DNA of 64,000 nucleotides from contig JAQFVV010000002.1 of the NCBI GenBank assembly GCA_028023455.1, forward strand, positions 9,052,001-9,116,000. The letters run 5' to 3'. The position numbers and the translations under genes are program-made. The stretch is from Epiperipatus broadwayi (taxonomy: Eukaryota > Animalia > Onychophora). Positions 55,431-64,000 of this stretch are shown piece by piece (position 1 is the first letter of the stretch; each line of letters begins with the position of its first letter). The notes beneath the pieces were generated by a model. It was given only the letters and a program-made list of their open reading frames with translations, was not told the DNA's origin and did no database searches.

Positions 55431-55744
55431 TTAGAATCAAAGCTTATCAATAAAATACAGCAATTATTTACAATGTAAGATGTATGCATGGGGTGCTTAG
55501 AACAAAATTTAGAAGATATCATTGTTCCACTCTATATGCTAGTAAAAAATTGTTTTAACTTGTGAGCATTCTTAGTGAAACTTTTTTTAAAGTGAAATTA
55601 ATTAAAAAGTAAATCTCAAACTTTAATAGAATGTAAAAAATCTGGAAAATCAATTAAAAACTGTGCAGCCACCAAAATTGAAGCAGGTTTAAAAAACTGA
55701 GTTATCTTAAATTAATGTATATAAGTCAGTTTATAGATATTGCA

Positions 55745-56060
55745 ACAGTCCAAGTTTTCCACCAGAAGGGAGGGAATGCATATTATTACGGTCGGATCTA
55801 GGGTCTTCTGGTAGGATGCTGTGGATGATGCGATGTAGTACCTAACCGGATAGCTTTAAGTTTACACATTAAATTTAGATACAATTTGGGTTAGTTCATC
55901 CATACCTCACCCCTCTTTCAGATTACATTATGCCTCAGAATTCAAACTCAGGAAGAAATTTGCCTTCGGCTTTCTTCAGGGGTGAATTTGCACTAGATAG
56001 CAACTACCACTCCTCTACACAGGTTCCAATTGATTTAAAGATCCACCCAAACATATTACT
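55745..56060. repeat. Unclassified GC-richer, CpG-retaining interspersed repeat (SINE-like?)
   Basis: Sharp composition change with several CpGs and no coding motif. Confidence 0.3.
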
Positions 56061-57054
56061 GTATTATGATATAAGAATGAAATTTGTGTGTATGTATATA
56101 TATATATATCCCATTATAAGTTGATGAATGAATGTATAAATAATTTTGATAAATTAGAGACCAATATAATTTAGATCAAATTAACAACATTTATTCATCT
56201 TTCTCTTTATAATTTTTTCAATAAATGGCTTATTTCTTATACTTTTTAATATTTCTACAATGCCAATCTTTATTTCTTTTATTCTCCTCAAAAATTATAT
56301 GGCTAAAGTCTTTAATTATATCTCTTTTTTTTATTTTATTTATGTCTGTTCTATATGTAAAGCATTACCCCAACAAACTTATTCTTTTTAAAAACATGGT
56401 TTAACAATTATAATTATTTAATTTCTTTATTGCTATTGAAGCAGTCAATCTTAGCTTAAGATTGAGCTTCATGGTTTCATCTACTAACCTGTGTTAAACC
56501 ATATATCTCATTCCGCTCCTTTAGTCATGTATATATATTTTATGTATATATTTGATATGCTTGCCTAATATTTATAATGTTTAAATTTTTAATATTTATT
56601 ATTATTAATTCTTTTCTTCACATTAAAAATACATAGGAGCAAAAAAAAAAAAATACTAACAAAATATTGATTTTTTAAAAAATATTCCATTATACACGTC
56701 ATTTTAAAACTTTTCTTTTAAAATTGTTTTTTCTATTAAACTGTATATTTTTATAAAATCCAAGATGGAAGATGCAATGTTAATTGTCCGAAAATAATTA
56801 AAGGATTGGAAATATAATATTGTTTTAGCCTTGGGAAGGAATTTTTAATTAAAGTTTTTACTTAAAATAAAATGGGGAATGGGATTAATAGATTTTACTT
56901 TTGTTAAACATTTTTGTCAAATCTATTTCCAATCTGGAAATAGATTTGAATATATTTTTGGAATGTTATATAACTTTTGCATCTTCAAACAATGAACAAA
57001 GGAAACTTAAGATTTTAGATTAAAGATTAGATTTGAGCTAGAAATGAATTAAAA

Positions 57055-57340
57055 GCATTCTTCAAATACCTGGGCAGGAGTATAAAATAGGCTAAGTTGA
57101 ATACCAGGAAAATTAGCTACTATTGAGAGAACTGTGTTGTCAAGATAAAGCCATGCTGGAAAAAAAATGATTGAATAGAAAGCTCATTTTCTTCCGCTAC
57201 CATACCATCATGCTCCCATAGAATGAAGTAAAAGCCTGACAGAAAACTTTGGAATGCTGAACAGAAGCTTGTTGTCATATAAGAACTCACTTGGATCTAT
57301 TAAATGCTGTATTTTGAAAATGGACTCTTAAATTGTGCAA
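57055..57340 (+). pseudogene. RTE-like LINE fragment (post-RT region)
   Basis: FKYLG followed by an RYHTIMLP-like motif (RTE consensus xYxTIIxPxLLYG). Confidence 0.5.
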
Positions 57341-57989
57341 GGTAATGATTTGCATACCATCTAAAAGTAAATCTAGCTGTCTAATCTCAAATCCTACTCT
57401 CAAGATTTCTCCTAATGTATAATTTAATTTTGTAACACTTCTAATATGTAAATTGCTCTCAAATAATTTCTATAAATTTAATTCTCTCTCATATTCTCTA
57501 ACTTTCTTTAACTTTGGTGCGGTCATTTATTTATATGTCTATTTTATTTATTATTAATATCCCTTAAAACATAATGTTTAACTATGGAGTCTATCTGGGA
57601 TGAATTTAGAACTCAAGCTAATTAACCCTTTAAAATCATTTAAAATATTATTTATTCAATTCTGAAAGGATGACTTAATAATTGTTTTCTATATATAACT
57701 GCTAGTTTTTTTTCCATACTCTTAAAATATCATAAGCTTAAATATTCAGTTGTTATAAAATCCATGAAGGAAATAGCAGAAAAGAAGGGGTCAAATCTTA
57801 ACATATATTTTATTAAATGAAATGTAAATCTCTCTATATATATTCTAGTGGCATAGCATATTATTTATATAAATTATGGCATTGGGTCATTTATTTTAAA
57901 GCAGTAAATCATATTCAATGTTGTTAGTGACATCTTTTTGTATTGCATTACTGACATTCAGCATATCTTCATGAATATATTTATTATGT

Positions 57990-58260
57990 GCTTCTAATCT
58001 GGGGGTTGCGACAAGATTGAAGCCATAGATTTCTCGTTATTTCCTGTCCTGTGGATAGTTGACCTACCCGGGACATTTCGTATAAAAAGGCCTCTTGTGG
58101 TGATTCCAGTATTCCTGGCACATGCTATGCTTATCCACTTCATATAAAAGGCCTGCAGGTCAGTGATGTCCATGACATGCCTATCCACTTTTCTCTAAGC
58201 ACTGCCCAAAAAGGGAGTCTTAGACTTCATCTTTCATCCAGAAGCATGACTTTTCCTGTT
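57990..58260 (-). pseudogene. Possible RTE-like LINE 3' fragment
   Basis: Frameshifted KWIGHVM motif. Confidence 0.35.
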
Positions 58261-59554
58261 ATTTCTGTGGCATTGTCAGTAGTGTACTTTTTCATATTAT
58301 TATTTCTTTTGCTTATGACCTAATCTTAGTGCTGTAATATTAAAATTGCACTCTGCTCATTATATATATATAAATGCCAAATATTAATAGTTTTGTTAAT
58401 TATAATGTTATTTCAGTCATATTATACAATCCCACTGTCATAATTTGTTAGTTCTATATTTAAGTGTATATGCTTTGGGGAAAATAAAGCATTCTTCTTA
58501 CTATTGTTAATTAAAAGAATTTTCAATAAATATTTTGTCACATAACTAAATGTAATTTTCAAATGTGTTTTACTTATTTTCATGACCTTAATGGTGTGAA
58601 AATAGTTTATATTATATCTGTAATGAATCTTGGAATGCTCCCCGAAATAATATATTAGTCAACATGTTTCAGAACCGTAAATCAAAGCGTTAGTGGCAAT
58701 TTTATGTAAATTCTTTCTAATAATTGATTGGCATCTTAATATTGGACCCATCAAAGATGTGTGTTTATTTATAGTATATGTCATTTAATTAATAAAAGTG
58801 CATATGACAACTCAGCGTGAATTTCACTATGTAATTATATACCATTTGGTAGACTGCTTGCTCATTCACGACATCCTAATGTATGCAATTAATTCATAAT
58901 GTATATAATAAGTTATTATTATATTAAACTGTTTGTTACTGTGTAACTTGTTTGAGTAGTTCAAATTCCTTTTTCTCCACTTCCACATGTACAACTATGT
59001 ATATCCATATTCTAATTTATTTAATATTGGGTCTCATTGTCTTCTTCACTCTGCTAGTGGACCAGATTTAAAATAAATTCTCACGTGCCATCATTATATG
59101 TTATTCATTAGGTGTTTGATCTGGGGCTTGTGGAGTAGGTTCGAATTCAGATTAGTCCCTGACCTAAATTTTAGGCTTGACTGAGTTTGAAGTACATTTT
59201 GTGAGTTACAGCTCATGTTAGATGATAAACATATTTTGACCAGTACACTATTGCTATATCTTAATATTTTTTAACTCACCATTACTTATCATTGACTTAG
59301 TTTTTTTTTTTTATTTATTACAGTTTCTACCTCATATATGCAAATATTGCCATTTCATCAGAAAATTTTATACAATGGATTCTTGTACCTCTAATGCTAA
59401 TTCCATTACAATCAAAATATCATTCATACAACCTTCCTTCCACTCTCATATATATATATGTTCACTAGAGGGAGCTTACCAATAGCTCTGATAAAGCTTT
59501 AATTTATAAGTGCTGAAAGAGAAAGAATTCAAAATCTCTATTGGAAAGTCCTCA

Positions 59555-59600
59555 TCCCCAGACCAATTGGTTTCAAGCTTATGACTCACCTCAGTGAGGA
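59555..59600 (-). ncRNA. Minimal type-I hammerhead ribozyme-like motif (A9T)
   Basis: TCCTCA-CTGAGGT-GAGT(CATAA)GCTT-GAAA-CCAATTGG-TC^TGGGGA. All three stems can form, stem III is palindromic, and there is one core substitution. Confidence 0.75.
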
Positions 59601-59869
59601 GCTATGACCCCAGACACTAGATTTAAAATACCAACTCAAAAGTCCACATTTACCTAATATGTTACTATCAATTTGAAAACCTAAATTTTTCAACACATAA
59701 ATGTCTTCAAATCCAGCCTTACAAATCAAATAGCTATATAGGTCTGAATTTAGTTCAGTTTCACCATATATTAATAGCCTTAGCAATATAACATCGTAAA
59801 AGCCTTCAAGGATACACTTATGGTAATTAATAAACAAGACACATTGTATAACTTATTTTTAAGCTTGTA

Positions 59870-60319
59870 AATAAGCCATTTATTTTATATAGCACTGTTT
59901 TTATAAACTGTAATATTAATAAGCCAATAAGCTAATGCACATGTGCTTTGTAGATTTAATTATATAAATGAATACTCTCTCTTTCCAAACACAAGATAAA
60001 GTCTTTTTGTGAAAAAAATAGAATGAATCCATCTATCTTTTTGACCCAAATGTTTATGTATTGGCAAATCTTAAGTATTGTAAATTCTAGAAATTTTGCA
60101 AGTGTCATTCATTCAGGCATAAAAGTAATTTAAAGTGATAGATTAATATCTTCACACTCTCATTTCCAAATACTTAACATTTTCCCATACATAAATGTTT
60201 GGGTCGAAAAAAAAGATGAATTCATTCTATCTTTTCACGAAGACTTTATCCTGTGTTTGGAAAGTGAGTATTAATTTATATAGTTAAATCTACAAAGCGC
60301 ATGTGCATTACCTTATTGG
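59870..60319. mobile_element. Foldback element G (same family as H) nested in element I, with perfect 15-bp TSD
   Basis: Arms ~59921-60080 / 60167-60319, left extension 59870-59920. ATTTTTAAGCTTGTA occurs at 59855-59869 and 60320-60334. Confidence 0.85.
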
Positions 60320-60899
60320 ATTTTTAAGCTTGTATTAAAATGTTCACTAGAGGGAGTTTACCAATAGTTCCAATCAAGATCAATTGGTCTGGGGATGAGA
60401 ACTTTCTGATAGAGATTTTAAATTCTTTCTCTTTCAGCACTTCTAAATTAAAACTTGATCGGAGCTATTGGTAAGCTCTCTCTAGTGAACATTTTAATAC
60501 AAGCTTAAAAGTAAGTTATACAATTTGGGTCTTGTTTTATTAATTATTATATATATGTTGTAACATCTAAAAATAAAGTGATCACCAAATGCTTCATTAA
60601 GATGAACAATTGGAACTTTCTTGCCAATTGAAAGTGAATACATTGGGTAAACCAAATTGTAACCAATAAAAATTTAACTACAAATGACTAACCAATAAAA
60701 AGGATGATTATTAAACAATGTTATCGTATAAGCTAAGATCAGTAGATTTCAAAATAAATGTCCTATGCCACAACAATAATAAAAGAATTACAGGGGTAAA
60801 TAATTGTAACAAATTATCATTAAGATTAAAGCAATATGAATAATTTAAGTGGAGTATAAAAAAGAAAGACTCTTAATATTAGAATCATATGTCATTAAG

Positions 60900-61750
60900 A
60901 TTACATTAAAATCCTTCTCTTTACTGCCTCTACTATTACCACATTTCTTATTAATTCTTTAAGGATCTTATTATCAAGATCAGAGAAAACATTTATAATT
61001 ATGAAGGTGTTTTCTTAAATAGTTATCACAATGATATCTTATTGAACAATTCTTCTTTAACAAAAATAATCTCTTTGATAACACTAATTATAAAATGAAT
61101 TGGGTATCTCAGGGTAAATATGATTAACTTTAATGATGATAAAATAAATTCTCTTGTAATTCTTGAGGTTTATTTAAGAAAGAATGAAGTCCTAGTTAGT
61201 ATAAAGTAAGACATATACTTACCCCCAAGATAATGTCTCTTACAATTTTGATAATAATATTAAAATTTAAAATAAACATGGTTAACTCTTAATTTGGAAT
61301 AACAGAAAAAATATCTACTAGAATGACATTTGGATATTAAAAATGAATAAAGGATTCTATGGCCATTCCAAACATCACACTAATAAATCTTCTTTAAAAT
61401 ATCTTCTAAATTTGAATTCAATAATTTTATAAACTCACTGTATTATGGAATAATAGCATAATCTTATAAGTATGAAAATAATTTAAGAATAAGCACAGTG
61501 ATCTTTAATAAACAAACAAAATTGACTAAAGTGATCTTAAATGATGAATATACAATTATAATTCTTTATTCAACAAAATCATCTCTTTCTTAGATGTAAT
61601 TCTAATATTTTAGAAATAATTTTAATAAAGTGACTCTTATGTCAAATTTCAATACCCATATATTCTTAATGCATCATGTTTAAAATAATTCATAATAGTC
61701 TTATGATTTATTAGATTTCTGATTAATGAGTGAATGATGTGGAAAAATGA
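60900..61750 (+). pseudogene. Third Penelope-like RT remnant
   Basis: KIISFLDVILI (~61577-61610; PLE ExExNxxLxFLDV motif) with weaker upstream RT resemblance. Confidence 0.45.
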
Positions 61751-62149
61751 CTATAAGAAAACTTAATGAACAATAAACAATATTTATTTCACATAAAATA
61801 AATAATTAAGTATATATCTTTCAATGTCAACAAAGCCAAAAACTTCTGCAGATATAACTTTATGATTTTAAATATCAGAAAATTAAAGCTTACAAATGTA
61901 GTATAAAAATTAATTAAATATAATATGGCTGGTCAATAAAACTTTCTATTAATTTGAATTTTAATAAGTTCTCACATTTATAACATTCGTACCATAATAG
62001 AGTCCCCTATGAATATTTACTATAATTAAATATATAAGCTTATCAATCCAGCAATGAAATGGATGATAAAGAAGATGTATATTGTCTATTTTATGCCTAT
62101 AATTTAAAATTTTGAATTTTAATTATTTATCAAATTTTTGCCCTAAATA

Positions 62150-62600
62150 CTAGCAAAACATAAATATAGGACCTACACATCAACATAATTTACACTCAGA
62201 CAGACCAAGACTGTGACAAGAAGTAAGGATGGCATTGAAAAACTAATCAATTGACAGAATAAAGTCATGGTAAAATATTACATATGGCTTTATACAAAAT
62301 ACTCTATCAACAATAAACAATCCATATTTGGATAACAAAATAAAGACAAAGTAAAAGTTTGATGGTATGAACTCATAAATAAATGAATCTACTTTTGAGA
62401 GCAATAATGAAATGAACAAGGACTTAATCTATAGTCATGAGATGATGAGACTGAACCATCAGGTACAATAATAATAACTAAGTTTATCTTAATAGAGCAT
62501 CATATGCTTAAGATATAAAAAGTGTGATAAAATACATCTGAAGATATCACAACAAAAATTAATCTACAATCTCTATACTATGCTGGCAAAATAAACATTC
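62150..62600 (+). pseudogene. Possible gypsy integrase C-terminal remnant
   Basis: Weak resemblance to the TxxYHPQxNxxxER region; heavily decayed. Confidence 0.25.
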
Positions 62601-64000
62601 TAAAAAAAATAAGAGAGACTAATACTATTATCCTTTAATCAAATACAATAACTAATAGATGTGTAAAAATGATAAATAATAATTAATGCTAATATAGCTT
62701 AGTAAAATTAGACAATAAAATAAACAATAGAAATATACATCTGCATAAACTTCATTTAGTATAATTATACACCTTTAATAAATAAATAATTCATAAGAAA
62801 GAGTACACATAACATTTTCAAAATATGTAATTATCAAACAATGATATTCTGAGAATTTTGACAAAACTGTTTATAAAATATAAAATTATATCAAATAATA
62901 TGAATATAAAAGAATGACATCATAGGCAAGATCATAAACACAAATAATAAAATATTATACCCTTTTACCATTAAAATAATAAAATTAAAGTCCTTTTCTG
63001 TTTCTACTCTTTAATGGGGATACTGTTTATCAAGCAAATAAAGTTTTGTAGATAACAATGAAGATATTCAGCACACAAAATTATAACATAATTGAAATAC
63101 GAAGAGCACTTCACAATTATTCTTAAATATTATTCATTATTATTATTATTAATTACTCATTTAGAATTAATCATGCTACCAAAATGTGTAGATATGGCCA
63201 TTCATTTAGGCAAATTATATGGGTTAAGCAGTAAGAATATTTATTTCATATTCAAAATAGATATTTAATGCTTCATCTTTCAAAACATTTCTATTAAATA
63301 ATAATAATAATAATAAGTAATATTAAGCAGGAGAAATAGTTCTTTTTTGAAATATCATTTAAAATTATTAGAGCAATCTCTAGAATGACAATGAGAGATG
63401 GAGTGTGCAGACTTTCATAACTAATGCAGGAAAAATTCACATAAAATTGATTAAAGGTAATATAAATTTCAGGAATATTTATATTTCCATTTATAATACA
63501 TAAGTAATTTGCTAAAAATATTTCAAAAGCATTTATTATAATTTTTTCAAATAATGTCAATCAATTGCTTTTCATTCACAGATCCAAGAAAAATATATTT
63601 CTTTCCTCTGAATGGAATAGACACAAGAAGTAAAATTCCCATTATGCTGCTATTAAACAATAAATATTACTTTTTTGAAATAACAGCATGACAAATGAAC
63701 ATCCAAGTAATATCTTTTAATTAAGTCAAATGTTTTTCTTGTTGAAAAAGGAATAATTTTATATATGCCTTCAAATAATATACCCATCATAATAGGCAAG
63801 TCTTTATTATAATGAGATTAAAGTCCTTCACACAAAGTGAATTAATTCCAAATAATATTATTTTATAAGAAGAATATTTTTAAGAATAATATAATAAAGT
63901 TTATAAAATTATTGTTCTTGCCCCGAAATCCCTATTGAGACTTGGTTTTATACTCTTAATCAAGATTGCGTCTTTAATCTTCTTATCTCTTCTATTATTT

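Larger units (their letters stand above)
59463..60547. mobile_element. Element I: ~417-bp monomer in partial tandem plus inverted arm (60381-60547), hammerhead-bearing, interrupted by element G
   Basis: TTCACTAGAGGGAG occurs at 59461 and 60343 (period 417 after removing G). The inverted arm matches 59461-59570 and 59822-59869. TATATATATGTT occurs at 59451-59462 and 60548-60559. Confidence 0.8.

Noticed and set aside
55955-55985. CTGAAGA-AAGCCGAAGGC-AAA-TTTC (minus) as a hammerhead
   Set aside because: G12 is missing and no stem I can form.
253-63560. Short ORFs in the supplied track as host genes
   Set aside because: They are low-complexity F/I/L/K-rich products of AT-rich DNA or fragments and antisense frames of decayed TEs, with no consistent exon chain.

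Overview
Very AT-rich, strongly CpG-depleted eukaryotic (probably invertebrate) DNA with no host gene I can support; most short ORFs in the track are spurious or are pieces of dead transposons. The window holds decayed Ty3/gypsy, Penelope-like (PLE), L1/Tx1 and RTE retroelements, a Merlin DNA-transposon derivative, a piggyBac-like element and a retroposed tRNA-like sequence. The most notable signal is a set of about 8-9 small non-coding elements (698-1096, ~2051-2351, ~3960-4750, 20516-20951, 22293-22840, ~23471-23968, 36224-36778, 59463-60547, 59870-60319). They look like MITE-type foldbacks but are asymmetric (one-sided ~45-65 nt tail and/or partial tandem copy), and most are flanked by 10-15 bp target-site duplications. 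Five carry recognisable minimal type-I hammerhead ribozyme motifs that read outward from the fold centre. I infer these are non-autonomous, retrozyme-like elements copied from circular or multimeric RNA, probably by Penelope-type machinery. All alignments and translations were done by eye, and boundaries of decayed elements are approximate.
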